Below the pieces are notes generated by a model that was not told the DNA's origin, made no database searches, and worked only from the letters and a program-made list of their open reading frames with translations. A stretch of 64,000 nt of DNA from a virus, in the IMG/VR virus record IMGVR_UViG_3300008262_006988; one strand, given 5' to 3'. Shown here one piece after another: positions 46,407-56,795 of this stretch. The position numbers were made by a program, and so were the translations under genes. The number at the start of each line of letters is the position of its first letter. The first letter of the stretch is position 1.

Positions 46407-48998
46407 CTATACACCTAATAAATCAAATAAATCTGTTTGACCTTGTTGACTCGGTGTCTTAAGCTTCCACTTTACTGCTTCGTAAAAACGCTGTATTACT
46501 GAGTGTATAATCTTCTCAAAAATCATTTCGTAATCTGGCTCGAAAATACCTTCAAATTCCTTAGGATATTCGTACTTGTATCCTATTACCGACAGACCGT
46601 ACCTATTAGGTTTTCTAACATAAAAATAACGAATATGATCACCGGATGATATCGTTTCATATTTTCTCTCGATATTAAGTTTTTTAACGAACATATTATA
46701 GTAGTATGCCGCTTTCACGTGAATAGGCATTCCTTTCACAGTTTTAAACTGATCACACTGCGATGCATACTTCTCGTAATTCTTTATGCCCATTACTGAA
46801 GAGATATCATCGACGCTCAATGTCTTGAATATATCGTATGTCTCAATGAATACTTTATCAGTTTCAGCTCTTGATTTTGTTGTTAGCATTGTCTCGATAA
46901 TCTTCTTAACATGCTCTTTAATAGTGGCAGGCATCGTCGTTCTCACCACCTCTACGCCGGTATATTTAAATTTACTGCACGGTATACCTTCCTCGTCTAA
47001 AACATGCAATACATATCTTTTCTTCTGTAAAAATAAACCTGTATCTGCTATGCGTTCTCTCTTAAAATTTAATCTACAGTCTTTTGAGCCGAGAGATTTA
47101 CACCCCCATTCCTGAATACCTTTGTTCAAGTAATCTTCAATATTCCTAACTGCATCATAATACTCCTTTGTTATTTTACCGTCTTTATTAAACATTTTTA
47201 TATTTTTATGCTTAATGAGATGTTTAATAGAGATATACGAACTATCCGTATCGTTATAGATGATGGGGGTGTCTTTCTCTAATTCTTCAGGCTTCAGACC
47301 AGTTTGTTCACAAATGTAATCCATCAATAATTGATTTGATTGCTTAATGGTTGCTTGGCCAGTTAAGGTAATAGATTCTGCTAACTCATCATCACCGAGC
47401 GGACTATGCTTGTTACCAAAATACCCGTAAATCGTATTAATTAGAATCTTGATTGTATGCTGCGTAATATTGAGGTTCTCAACCTTCTTTTGCATTTCAT
47501 TATATTCTTTAGTATCTTTCTCACAGTTTAATTGCTCACGCTTAGCTGCAGTAAGTAGCTTTTTAATCTCGACGCGTTTCTTGTAATAGTGATCTACTGC
47601 TTCAGGTATAATACCTTTTGTCTTTTGTGAGAATAAAACTTTAGCTTTTGATATGGCTATTTCTTCCTGTTTCACAAATGAAGAAAACTTTTCTTTTGTA
47701 AGTGTAAAGTGTGATCCGTTAACATGCTTTATTGTAATCTCATCATCAGTTATATCTGTTATTGTACCTATCTTTGTTTCTGGTGATAGATTAAGTGTGA
47801 TCATTACGTTTGGATACAGACTGTTAGCATCAAACGACACTATATGTTCTTGAAATCCTTGCTGCGGTTCACCGACATATGCACCTGCGTTCTGCTCGCC
47901 GTCCTCATTAACTTTACCTTTGTTAAAGGTTGGTATGCGTTGATTACGTGACCGTGCACGAATCGCACAAAGACCGGTAATGACGCTTAACGAGCCAAGA
48001 GCACCTTCAAACGTAGTAAGACCAGCGTACGCAATCATACGCAGCAGTTGTATGTATTGTAATTTCTTCTCAAGCTCTACGAGAAGGTTAACGTCTTGAA
48101 TGTTGTATTTTACAAATAAATTCCAATCTGTATCCGCAAGTGTTGCAAGATCTATATCACCGTAATCAATCTTGCTCTCCCCTAATTCTACTTCACCAAT
48201 GTACCCAAGTTTATATCGCTCTCGTAATACAGGGCAAAACCTTTTATAAATTTGTAGATAGTCGACGCACGATATTCCCTCTATATACCATCTCTTCTGC
48301 TCCTTACCGAATTTACCAAGAAACATTCTTGATCTCACACGACCTATCGGTGATAGCCTGTTTGCTTCACTCTCCCCGAACAATCTTACTATTCTATTAA
48401 TAATATAGGGTACATCAAAGAATTCGCTGTTCCATCCTGAGAGAATATCGGGATAATCACTAACAAAAAAATCAATAAATTTACTAAGAAGTTCTTTCTC
48501 TGTCTTACAATACACATATTCGACATTCTCATCGCCGCCTGTATACTGCTTTGTACCAAACGTTTTAAATTTTTTAAGCAATGTATCATATATCGTTATG
48601 ACATTAATTGCGTGATTTGCTTCGTCAATATTAGGAAAACTATCTAGACTATATGTCTCTATATCTAAGAAGAATACTTTCAATGGATGCTTAGCAAAAT
48701 CCGGCTCTTCATTACGGTCTCCGAAGTAATCAATTAAAAATTGCTGCTGCACACCAAAATTCTCAAAGACACGTACAATGTTATTGTCTTTAAAATATTG
48801 AGCTCTGTCTGATTGATTGCGAAACCGCCTCTTTTTTAGCTTTGTATTAAAGATACTCATACAATCTTCATTGTGAGTTGTCTCTAAATAAACGTATGGC
48901 TCATACGTTGAATCAATTATGATTCGCTGACCGTTCTCGTCCCACGTATAGAGACGCATTGCCTGGTCCTTTGGCAGATAAGCACAATTTCTAAACAT
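46407..48998 (-). CDS. gp43: Family B DNA polymerase gp43
   Basis: Exonuclease motifs LDIET, GWNSEFFDVPY and YNIQD; polymerase motifs SFDANSLYP, KILINTIYG, YNDTDS and KKRY; C-terminal clamp-binding-like QTDLFDLL. Confidence 0.98.
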   Translation of the reverse strand: MFRNCAYLPKDQAMRLYTWDENGQRIIIDSTYEPYVYLETTHNEDCMSIFNTKLKKRRFRNQSDRAQYFKDNNIVRVFENFGVQQQFLIDYFGDRNEEPDFAKHPLKVFFLDIETYSLDSFPNIDEANHAINVITIYDTLLKKFKTFGTKQYTGGDENVEYVYCKTEKELLSKFIDFFVSDYPDILSGWNSEFFDVPYIINRIVRLFGESEANRLSPIGRVRSRMFLGKFGKEQKRWYIEGISCVDYLQIYKRFCPVLRERYKLGYIGEVELGESKIDYGDIDLATLADTDWNLFVKYNIQDVNLLVELEKKLQYIQLLRMIAYAGLTTFEGALGSLSVITGLCAIRARSRNQRIPTFNKGKVNEDGEQNAGAYVGEPQQGFQEHIVSFDANSLYPNVMITLNLSPETKIGTITDITDDEITIKHVNGSHFTLTKEKFSSFVKQEEIAISKAKVLFSQKTKGIIPEAVDHYYKKRVEIKKLLTAAKREQLNCEKDTKEYNEMQKKVENLNITQHTIKILINTIYGYFGNKHSPLGDDELAESITLTGQATIKQSNQLLMDYICEQTGLKPEELEKDTPIIYNDTDSSYISIKHLIKHKNIKMFNKDGKITKEYYDAVRNIEDYLNKGIQEWGCKSLGSKDCRLNFKRERIADTGLFLQKKRYVLHVLDEEGIPCSKFKYTGVEVVRTTMPATIKEHVKKIIETMLTTKSRAETDKVFIETYDIFKTLSVDDISSVMGIKNYEKYASQCDQFKTVKGMPIHVKAAYYYNMFVKKLNIERKYETISSGDHIRYFYVRKPNRYGLSVIGYKYEYPKEFEGIFEPDYEMIFEKIIHSVIQRFYEAVKWKLKTPSQQGQTDLFDLLGV

Positions 48999-49006
48999 AT
49001 ACCGTT

Positions 49007-49035
49007 ATGGTATAGGAAAATAAGTATGAAATCAA
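49007..49035 (-). promoter_or_regulatory. sigma70-type promoter for gp43
   Basis: TTGATT-17-TACCAT, 8 nt before ATG 48998. Confidence 0.65.
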
Positions 49036-49038
49036 ATA

Positions 49039-50247
49039 CTATCTAATTTGATTTAAGGTATTAAGAAGCTTGCGATCAGGGTGTGCATAAGGCAATGTAT
49101 AAAGCTCTCTATACTTGTCAATATTTTCATCAAGCTCCAACCACCGCGTCTCAGCTATCTTTCTAAACTTTGCAGAAAGATTCATGTATTTACCTTTTTT
49201 ACCGAGAATGTCATCGAGTTGATCGATCATCTCATCACCTGTCTTAAACTTAAACGGTGCGTTCTCATATGTAACGAGATCTTGACATGCAATAGGTATA
49301 CCGTAGCAACTCGCTTCAATAAGCTTGAGATCGCTTTTTGCTTTATTAAAGGTATTATCTTGTAATGGTGCTACCATCGCATTAACGTTAAGCTTAAATA
49401 TTTTTTCAGGGTATGTGTAAAGCCTCTCCCATGGGTGGAATTCAACTTCACCGCTGCGTACGAGAGGTGTAAGGGGTAGTGGGTATGCTCCTAGGAATAC
49501 CCATTGGTACTTGTGCTTTGTCGCTTCAATGACACGACAGACATGTGCGAAATCATCATTTTGACCAACACGGTTTTCTACATCAAAGTGTGCACCTGAG
49601 CCGGCATAGAGTACTCTCGGTCTTTTTTGATACTTATCGTAATTTTCTGAAATTTTCTTTTCATTATAATAATTACCCATCCAGAATTTTGGTGGGTAAT
49701 TTGGTATAACAGTAATATTCTTATTACCTGTCTTACTCATATAATAATCTTTCATGAAATTATTTGTGACAGTTATCTCATCACATAATTCCATAATTGA
49801 CTGCGCTACTCTTCTTATTTCGGGATCTGTAAAAGCGGGTTTATATTTGTTATATTCAGGTATGTCTTCACTAAAGACAAGATCATCAATTTCATAAATT
49901 ATGCGGAATTTATGCTCTCTGCTCAAATCTTTAAGAAATTGAATAAATCTAAGTTGATGTGCAGTAGCTTGTCTTTGAATACGTACAGCTGTTACATTTC
50001 TAAAATAATTAGGATCAAAACACATAACAGTACTACCGTGTACAGTCATTTTTTGATGTGCATTTAATAAATGTTCTGGCCAGATCATACGCCAAAAACC
50101 ACATCCACTATAATCCGCATAATAGTTTAAAGCACGTTGAAGGCTTAACTCTGGTGGCGGTGGAAGTGAATTTTGCGCTTGTGGCGCTGGAGACGTATAG
50201 CCGCCGAAAGGGCTTGGAAAAGGTGATACAAATGGTGAAACGATCAT
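49039..50247 (-). CDS. GT-B fold glycosyltransferase
   Basis: SGCGFWRMIWP, YEIDD, DEITVT, VIPNY, LYAGSGAH and APLQDNTFNKAKSDLKLIEAS..GIP motifs; lies between gp46 and gp43. Confidence 0.8.
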   Translation of the reverse strand: MIVSPFVSPFPSPFGGYTSPAPQAQNSLPPPPELSLQRALNYYADYSGCGFWRMIWPEHLLNAHQKMTVHGSTVMCFDPNYFRNVTAVRIQRQATAHQLRFIQFLKDLSREHKFRIIYEIDDLVFSEDIPEYNKYKPAFTDPEIRRVAQSIMELCDEITVTNNFMKDYYMSKTGNKNITVIPNYPPKFWMGNYYNEKKISENYDKYQKRPRVLYAGSGAHFDVENRVGQNDDFAHVCRVIEATKHKYQWVFLGAYPLPLTPLVRSGEVEFHPWERLYTYPEKIFKLNVNAMVAPLQDNTFNKAKSDLKLIEASCYGIPIACQDLVTYENAPFKFKTGDEMIDQLDDILGKKGKYMNLSAKFRKIAETRWLELDENIDKYRELYTLPYAHPDRKLLNTLNQIR

Positions 50248-50261
50248 GATACTGTTTGTAG

Positions 50262-52073
50262 TTATGTTGTTGTACCCGTAAAATCAACTTTACGGGTAAT
50301 ATTGTTTTTCTTTTCAAGGAAAATAATTTCCCCGGTAGCAGCTTTTATACTTTCCTTGCGGTGACTTATTACCATAATACTTTCATTAAACTGCTCAACT
50401 CTTTCGTTTAATATACCTATCACCAGATCTACACCACGTTCATCCAGACTCGAGTCAAACAATTCATCATATATACTGAAATTAAAACAAACGTCGCCTT
50501 GTAATCTGCGCATATCCATAAAGGTGAATAAACATGCTAGGTCAACATTTTTACGCTCAGCACCACTAAAATTAAAATATGAGCATGTTTTGCCCTTAAT
50601 ATCTTTTATTTCTTCTTCAAAATATTCATTAAACGTACAGGTGCAATTTGCATCCATTTTTTTCAAATAATATGCAAGTTTACTGTTAAAGAGTTGCAGG
50701 ACCTTCTTAATAACAACTGACTTTACACCCTCCTCTGAAAAAACGAATTTTGCAGCTTCAATCACTGATATCTCTCTTTTTAAAATTTTAATTTTATCTT
50801 GAGCTTGCACAAGTTCAGCTCTCTGCTCATCGAGATTAAGATTAACACTGACGATGGAGTTCTCTACATCATTTATATCGCTCTCTATAGTTAAAAGTAT
50901 ATCTGATAGCTGCTTTATACGCATGCTAAAATTATTTTTTTCCTGTATCTTTAATTCAACTTTATGTATATTGTTCTTTAACTCAGCGATCTTTGTCTCT
51001 ATTTTATTACGCTTTGAACGGTAGTCAGTAATTTTTTTATCACAATCTTGAATGTTATGAAGATGCTCGGTAACTGATACCGTTATTTTTTCTTTTTCAG
51101 ACTCTATATGCTCCTTATCGTGCTTTTCTATTGCTCTCAAGCATACAGGACACGTATATTCATCGGTACCGATTTGTTTTAATTGCTTATTAAGCTGTTG
51201 TGCACTCGCGCTGTGTACAGCTCTGTCCTGATTAAGATTATGTACAATACTATCTATTTTAATAATACCATTTTCAAGCTCTGTTACTGTCTTTTTAATG
51301 CTATCTGTAGACTCCAAAACTATGTCTTCTGCTGCTTTTTGTAACTTTGCTATGTCTGCTATGTTTTGCTTTTTTCTTTCTATTAATGAATTTTTTTTGC
51401 GCTCTCTTTCAGAACTCATTTCAAGGTGTTGTTTTTCTTGTCTCTTTAAAGAGCGATCATTTTCTTCATATTTCGCTAACTCTATATCATATACTTTTCT
51501 CTTCTCACTCAGATCACTTTTAAGATAAACAAGTGCATCACTAAAGATACTTAAATTAAAAATATTCTCAATAAATTCTCTCTTTTCTTGTTTCTTTTTC
51601 GCCATAAACGGCGTTGTGTTATTAATCGTCATTATAACACAATTTTGAAAAATTTCTGGAGTGCAGGATAATAATTCTCTTATAAATGTGTTGGTACTTG
51701 AAATGCTGTCAAGTGTCTTATCCTCTCCGTCGATATGAATATAACACTTTGATGGCTCGATTGTCCTGACAATCCTGACACCTGTAGTACCTGTAAGAGT
51801 CTTAACTTGTATTTCTAATTCTACGGTACAACCTTTTTTTGTGGTACTATTTACAATATGCTCTTTTTTAACATCGCGTAAAGTCTCACCAAATACTGCA
51901 AAATATATCGCGTCAGCAATTGTAGATTTGCCGACACCATTACGCCTATCTTCTTTATCTCTATTAACGCCTGTAATAATGTGTAAGCCGGGGTTAAAAT
52001 CAATAACTACAGGCTCACTGCCAACTGAAAGAAAATTTTGTATTTTAACTCGATTAAAAATAATATTTTTCAT
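50262..52073 (-). CDS. gp46: Recombination endonuclease ATPase subunit gp46 (Rad50/SbcC-like)
   Basis: QNFLSVG, NGVGKST, Zn hook CPVC, FSGAE, YDELFDSSLD and VISH motifs. Confidence 0.95.
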   Translation of the reverse strand: MKNIIFNRVKIQNFLSVGSEPVVIDFNPGLHIITGVNRDKEDRRNGVGKSTIADAIYFAVFGETLRDVKKEHIVNSTTKKGCTVELEIQVKTLTGTTGVRIVRTIEPSKCYIHIDGEDKTLDSISSTNTFIRELLSCTPEIFQNCVIMTINNTTPFMAKKKQEKREFIENIFNLSIFSDALVYLKSDLSEKRKVYDIELAKYEENDRSLKRQEKQHLEMSSERERKKNSLIERKKQNIADIAKLQKAAEDIVLESTDSIKKTVTELENGIIKIDSIVHNLNQDRAVHSASAQQLNKQLKQIGTDEYTCPVCLRAIEKHDKEHIESEKEKITVSVTEHLHNIQDCDKKITDYRSKRNKIETKIAELKNNIHKVELKIQEKNNFSMRIKQLSDILLTIESDINDVENSIVSVNLNLDEQRAELVQAQDKIKILKREISVIEAAKFVFSEEGVKSVVIKKVLQLFNSKLAYYLKKMDANCTCTFNEYFEEEIKDIKGKTCSYFNFSGAERKNVDLACLFTFMDMRRLQGDVCFNFSIYDELFDSSLDERGVDLVIGILNERVEQFNESIMVISHRKESIKAATGEIIFLEKKNNITRKVDFTGTTT

Positions 52074-53128
52074 TTTACTTTCTTCAATACGTCAATGCAA
52101 TATGCTTCTATTTCGCTCTTGTCTTCAATATCTAAAGTAGCAATAAAATCTCTCAGTGTCTGATCTAAATCAACACTATCAGAAACGGATAATGCTTCAT
52201 TCACACCTATTGTGGTGTCATGTAATGAATAGTCAATTGATAAATTAACTGGATTTAATCCCGATGCATATTTTATAACTTTATCTATATCATCTACACC
52301 ATGCTTACCATCGACTACCACCCGCACAATATTATTTGCAAATAGTTCTGAAATATCTCTCTTTGTATCACAGTACTGTTGCAGTTCTGTTACAGTTATT
52401 TTACTGTGACGCGGTGATAATGTATTTTCACAAAAATCATAAGTTAGCGCATTAATGTCAAGAATATAGTATCCTTTTTTAGAGTTATAATCACCATAAT
52501 CCATCTCATATGGATTGCCAACGTATATCACTGTGCCCTTATCATATGACCGTTCTTCACGCAAATGAAAGTGACCTGTCATTACAAGCTTTGCTTTATC
52601 AAATAAAGATTGTGTTTTGATACCATGCTCACAAAGCTTGTAGCTATTCATCTTAAAGCTCTCAACTTCAAGATGTCCGAACAATATGTCGGATTTCGGT
52701 ACATCAGATAATGGTGCACCCCACGGCAGAAAAGTAACCGTTTTACCGTAAAGTGTAAAGGTTTGTGTTGTATCTATGACGCGTATTTTGTTTTTGCCGT
52801 CAAGCAGTGATAGTGAGCTAACTGTAGAATTATCTTTATAATATGCGTCATGATTACCAACCAGCACAGTAATATTAAAATCTTTCCAGAGCGAAAATAT
52901 CTGATTAACAACGTGCATGGTATTAACAGCAACTTCATCACGATAATGATAAACATCTCCAAGTATGAATATATCATATATATTCTTCTTCTCTAGTTCA
53001 CCTTTAAGCCAGTTCGCCCATTTGAGTGCTATATCATGCCATAGTGTATTATTTTGATGAACACCGATGTGTAAATCGGCAATACAGCAAATTTTCGATG
53101 TATTGGTGCTAAGGTCAGTAATCGTCAT
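52070..53128 (-). CDS. gp47: Recombination endonuclease nuclease subunit gp47 (Mre11/SbcD-like)
   Basis: ADLHIG, LGDVY, VGNHD, FGHLE, TGHFH and YVGNPY motifs. Start taken at ATG 53128. Confidence 0.93.
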   Translation of the reverse strand: MTITDLSTNTSKICCIADLHIGVHQNNTLWHDIALKWANWLKGELEKKNIYDIFILGDVYHYRDEVAVNTMHVVNQIFSLWKDFNITVLVGNHDAYYKDNSTVSSLSLLDGKNKIRVIDTTQTFTLYGKTVTFLPWGAPLSDVPKSDILFGHLEVESFKMNSYKLCEHGIKTQSLFDKAKLVMTGHFHLREERSYDKGTVIYVGNPYEMDYGDYNSKKGYYILDINALTYDFCENTLSPRHSKITVTELQQYCDTKRDISELFANNIVRVVVDGKHGVDDIDKVIKYASGLNPVNLSIDYSLHDTTIGVNEALSVSDSVDLDQTLRDFIATLDIEDKSEIEAYCIDVLKKVK

Positions 53129-53732
53129 CGTTGGCGTATGTGGGATCAACATATACATGTGTCCCGTTAACTTCATTATTATCAATCATCAGCTCCGTAT
53201 AGACCTTATCTCTATAGTCGTTGAGAGCTTCGTGATGTTTTTTTTCTTTTTTAATTCTATTAATAAAAGCGTGGAATGCAATGGTAGTAAAATATGAAAA
53301 CGGGCTAAACCCCGAGTCAAGCTTGAAGCTTTTGTTTTTTAGTGCAGAGAACATTTTTACAATAGCATCACCTATCATATCCTCCTTGTATGAATAATTG
53401 ATGAAATTTGTTGCGTAAGAAAGACCGCTCGCTATTTTATTAATACTTTCACCGAGCTTCACAGTAATTACACCGGTACTATAATATTGACGTATTTCTT
53501 CTTCAAACTCCTTACCATTAACATAATGCTCCTTATCACGCGGCTTAATCTTCCTTACAGGCTCTTGCACAGATATCTTCTCAGCATCAACACCCCTCAA
53601 TACGACCTCTTTGTTATCACTGCGTGTTGCACTAATACTTTTTACTTTAGGTTTTTTGTTTTTTGGTGCTTTAATTTCCTGATTTTTTTTCTTCAATTTC
53701 TTTGATTGAGAATTTAATGTGCTCTTTTTCAT
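53115..53732 (-). CDS. gp55: Late transcription sigma factor gp55
   Basis: HYVNGKEF, KIASGLSYATNFINYSYKEDMIGDAI, PFSYFTTIAFHAFINRIKKEKK. Confidence 0.93.
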   Translation of the reverse strand: MKKSTLNSQSKKLKKKNQEIKAPKNKKPKVKSISATRSDNKEVVLRGVDAEKISVQEPVRKIKPRDKEHYVNGKEFEEEIRQYYSTGVITVKLGESINKIASGLSYATNFINYSYKEDMIGDAIVKMFSALKNKSFKLDSGFSPFSYFTTIAFHAFINRIKKEKKHHEALNDYRDKVYTELMIDNNEVNGTHVYVDPTYANDDDY

Positions 53733-55119
53733 ATAATAAAATTCGTTTTTCAAGGTGACTTAAACTGTAGTGGTAAGCATCTGCAATATCAAAAATAATC
53801 AGCTTATCCTTATCCTTGTGCAGTCTCAAACCGCGACCTATTGATTGTACTATCTTCACCTTTGCTTTTCCACCACAAGCAAAAATAATATAGTGTAAAT
53901 TTTTAATGTTAATACCGGTGGAGAATATTTTAGAGATAGCAACTACAACAATATCGTCTGCTTCTTCCATTAACTGTCTTACTTTATCTCTCTCAGAGAC
54001 ATCTATATCCCCGTGTATGAAAAAAACACGTTTAGCAGGTGCTGCTTTTGTTATTGAATCATATAAACGTTTGCCGTGCTCAATGTAATCCACCAATACT
54101 AAAGTGTTCTTTTGTAATTTCGAGGAGATAGTGCTTATTGTGTTATTTCTGTAATCACTTGTTATTAATGTCTCTATTTCTTCTCTATACGTGAGATTAT
54201 GTTTGTGATTGTTATGTTTAAGCTTTAATATTTGTATCTCAACACCGGAGATGTAACTTTCATTACGCAAATCAATACTCTCTTTTTTATAAATAACAGG
54301 ACCTATTTTACCTGTTATATTCCATTGATCGAGAGGGCCTTCTGGCATTGTACCAGTTAAACCGTAACGGTGTGGTGTTTTTAATATTTTAAAAATATTG
54401 TTTATTTCATTTCCTTTTCTCAATCTATGGCACTCGTCTATAAACAATACATCAACCTCACATAACCAAGAAAGATCAGTATTCTTGCTTTGCATTATAC
54501 CGATATTTGCTACAATAACATTCGCGGTTTTATCAAGAGGATCGTCGCCTGTCCATTTTGAGACTGTAAATGATACACCGTATTGATCAAAATCTGAGCT
54601 CGTCTGCTCTACAAGACCTCTATCAGGAACAATAAAAAGACATTTAAACTTACTGCCGTATATATGAAAAATATTTGTGAGTATGGAGGCAGCTGTTAGT
54701 GTTTTACCGCCTGCTGTCGCAAGCAATATAGTGCCTCTGCCGTACTCCAAGCTACGCTTTACTATTTCGCGCTGATAATCTCGCAGCGGTAATAGTAACG
54801 GTAACGGTTCATTAGTAAATTTAGGTGATGTATGCCATGTAGATAATGCCGGTATTAAGAAATCTGTAAATTCTTTATCTACTACTATATCACCTACATA
54901 ATTTTTACTTAAAATAAATTGACGTATATCATTATACATACCTGGCTCGAATCGACCGTTTGGTGTTATAGCATATATACGCGACGGTATGAATCTATTG
55001 TAACGTTTTGCAAAGCGTGCTGCGTCATTTTTAACAGAAAAGTACTCGCGCATCTCCTGAAACAGATCACCTGATATTATACCGAGTCTTTTCGCTTTGT
55101 CAAAGCCAACGTTTATCAT
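53671..55119 (-). CDS. uvsW: SF2 helicase UvsW
   Basis: LRDYQ, ATAGGKT, DECH, GLTGT, FSTGINIKNLH and QSIGRGLR motifs. Confidence 0.95.
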   Translation of the reverse strand: MINVGFDKAKRLGIISGDLFQEMREYFSVKNDAARFAKRYNRFIPSRIYAITPNGRFEPGMYNDIRQFILSKNYVGDIVVDKEFTDFLIPALSTWHTSPKFTNEPLPLLLPLRDYQREIVKRSLEYGRGTILLATAGGKTLTAASILTNIFHIYGSKFKCLFIVPDRGLVEQTSSDFDQYGVSFTVSKWTGDDPLDKTANVIVANIGIMQSKNTDLSWLCEVDVLFIDECHRLRKGNEINNIFKILKTPHRYGLTGTMPEGPLDQWNITGKIGPVIYKKESIDLRNESYISGVEIQILKLKHNNHKHNLTYREEIETLITSDYRNNTISTISSKLQKNTLVLVDYIEHGKRLYDSITKAAPAKRVFFIHGDIDVSERDKVRQLMEEADDIVVVAISKIFSTGINIKNLHYIIFACGGKAKVKIVQSIGRGLRLHKDKDKLIIFDIADAYHYSLSHLEKRILLYEKEHIKFSIKEIEEKKSGN

Positions 55120-55508
55120 TACGTTATTTCTAATTTCATAATCTCTATGAGATTTTTAATATCATATGTAGCACTGCTCAGCGTCTTCTCTGTTTTTTCT
55201 AGCAATTCTATAACCAATTTTTTATGACTTATTTTTTCTACTAATTGTTTGTATTGTGTATGTTTTTCAACTGCAGAACTAATAGCTGGTAATGATAGTT
55301 TTACAGGTGCATTTTTCTGTATCTCATTAGTTAGAAGTTTTTTTAAACTCTCACTATCTTTAATATCATTAGCTACTTCAAGTTTAAGACGTATCATTCT
55401 ACCTGCCCATTTATGTTTTAAAGCAGGTAATCTTAATTGATAATCTTTGAGATTAAGTTCATCAATTTTTAAATCATTCTCAAGCTCTTTTATGTAGTCT
55501 TCAAGCAT
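55119..55508 (-). CDS. uvsY: Recombination mediator UvsY
   Basis: DLKIDELNL..LPALKHKW..YDIKNLIEIMKL; adjacent to uvsW. Start taken at ATG 55508. Confidence 0.8.
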   Translation of the reverse strand: MLEDYIKELENDLKIDELNLKDYQLRLPALKHKWAGRMIRLKLEVANDIKDSESLKKLLTNEIQKNAPVKLSLPAISSAVEKHTQYKQLVEKISHKKLVIELLEKTEKTLSSATYDIKNLIEIMKLEIT

Positions 55509-55547
55509 TATTTTACTAAATAATAGTATAAATATACAAATTTGCAA

Positions 55548-55784
55548 ATGAGTATTTTTCATAGAATTTTTGAGTCTTTACTTAGTGAAGATGTGACAGC
55601 AAGTAGTGCATTTGGTCCAAATGCTACAGGAGAATTTGGTAATCAGTTCCCTAGTCAAAACAGCAAAGCTTATAACCCTAATGATAATAGACCAATAAAC
55701 CCTGTTGATGCAATTTTAGGCCGTAAAAAAAGCAAAAAGCGAGTAAAATTCAAAATCGCAAGACGTACGCCTGCTGTAATGTAG
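55548..55784 (+). CDS. Small hypothetical late protein
   Basis: MSIFHRIFESLLSED..., basic C-terminus; TATAAATA at 55527-55534. Confidence 0.6.
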   Translation: MSIFHRIFESLLSEDVTASSAFGPNATGEFGNQFPSQNSKAYNPNDNRPINPVDAILGRKKSKKRVKFKIARRTPAVM

Positions 55785-55785
55785 T

Positions 55786-56235
55786 ATGAATTTAGGTCAT
55801 TGGATTTTAAGTGAGGGGGTTATCTTTACTGACCATTCTTTTGGCTTTATATATGAAATAAAGAATACTGTTACCGGTAAGAAATATATTGGTAAAAAGC
55901 AGTGTAATTCAAGAATAAAACGACGGCCGCTAAAGGGAAAAAAGCGTAATCGGATTGATTATAGAGAATCTGATTGGCGTGAATATACCGGTTCATCTAC
56001 AGATCTTAATATTGATATTGAAAAATACGGTAAAGAATCATTCATTTTTACTATTATTAAAGTTTGTGACTCAAAATGGGCTCTTGCTTATTATGAAATA
56101 AAAGAGCAAATAAAACAAGATGTTATCGTAAGAGATGATTATTATAACGGCATACTAAACGTAAGAATCGGCAGACCGCCAAAAAGTGAGTTTGAAAAAC
56201 TAAAAAAAGAAGCTACAATAGTAGGTAGTGAGTAG
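55786..56235 (+). CDS. GIY-YIG endonuclease (Endo II/DenA- or Seg-like)
   Basis: GFIYEIKNTVTGKKYIGKK..ESDWREYTGSS..YYE..YYNG. Confidence 0.85.
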   Translation: MNLGHWILSEGVIFTDHSFGFIYEIKNTVTGKKYIGKKQCNSRIKRRPLKGKKRNRIDYRESDWREYTGSSTDLNIDIEKYGKESFIFTIIKVCDSKWALAYYEIKEQIKQDVIVRDDYYNGILNVRIGRPPKSEFEKLKKEATIVGSE

Positions 56236-56779
56236 TACTGTCTTTATTAAAGAGTATAATATTTGTGCGGTAGATATATGGTCAATTCTTAATGAATGTT
56301 ATGATGATATATGTACAAATTTTATTCAATATAATATTGAAGTCAAAACGAAAATTTCCAGCGATGTTAAAAATATATGTTTACATTACATGATATATAA
56401 CATATGTAAATTTACTGTATCACAGAAATTAGGTGTAAAGGTTATATTTTATTATGATACAACTTACACATCTTCATCTTTGCATAGTATTCTGCCTCAC
56501 GGTTTTTTACAAAAATGTATTAAAAAAATTGCTTCACTCCTACCAATGAAGTTGTATAATATTGATAATGTTTCGTATGCCGATTATGTAAAATTTTTAG
56601 ATAATAAGTGTGGCAATAGACGAGAGTATATTTTAAAGCTTGTTGAATATACTAACAAAATTGATTTTAGTTCTTTCACGTTCAGTAAGACGATTTCTTT
56701 TATAAAAAGACATGACCTTTACTTGCTCGATAAACAATTGTTAACCGATCTTAAAGCAAAACAGCTTCTATTAGCATAG
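56228..56779 (+). CDS. Hypothetical protein
   Basis: 183-aa ORF coupled to the GIY-YIG gene. Confidence 0.5.
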   Translation: MSSTVFIKEYNICAVDIWSILNECYDDICTNFIQYNIEVKTKISSDVKNICLHYMIYNICKFTVSQKLGVKVIFYYDTTYTSSSLHSILPHGFLQKCIKKIASLLPMKLYNIDNVSYADYVKFLDNKCGNRREYILKLVEYTNKIDFSSFTFSKTISFIKRHDLYLLDKQLLTDLKAKQLLLA

Positions 56780-56795
56780 TAACATAAATAACTAT

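Noticed and set aside
46407-48998. Introns or inteins in the polymerase, terminase, helicase or UvsX genes
   Set aside because: All are uninterrupted and of normal length.
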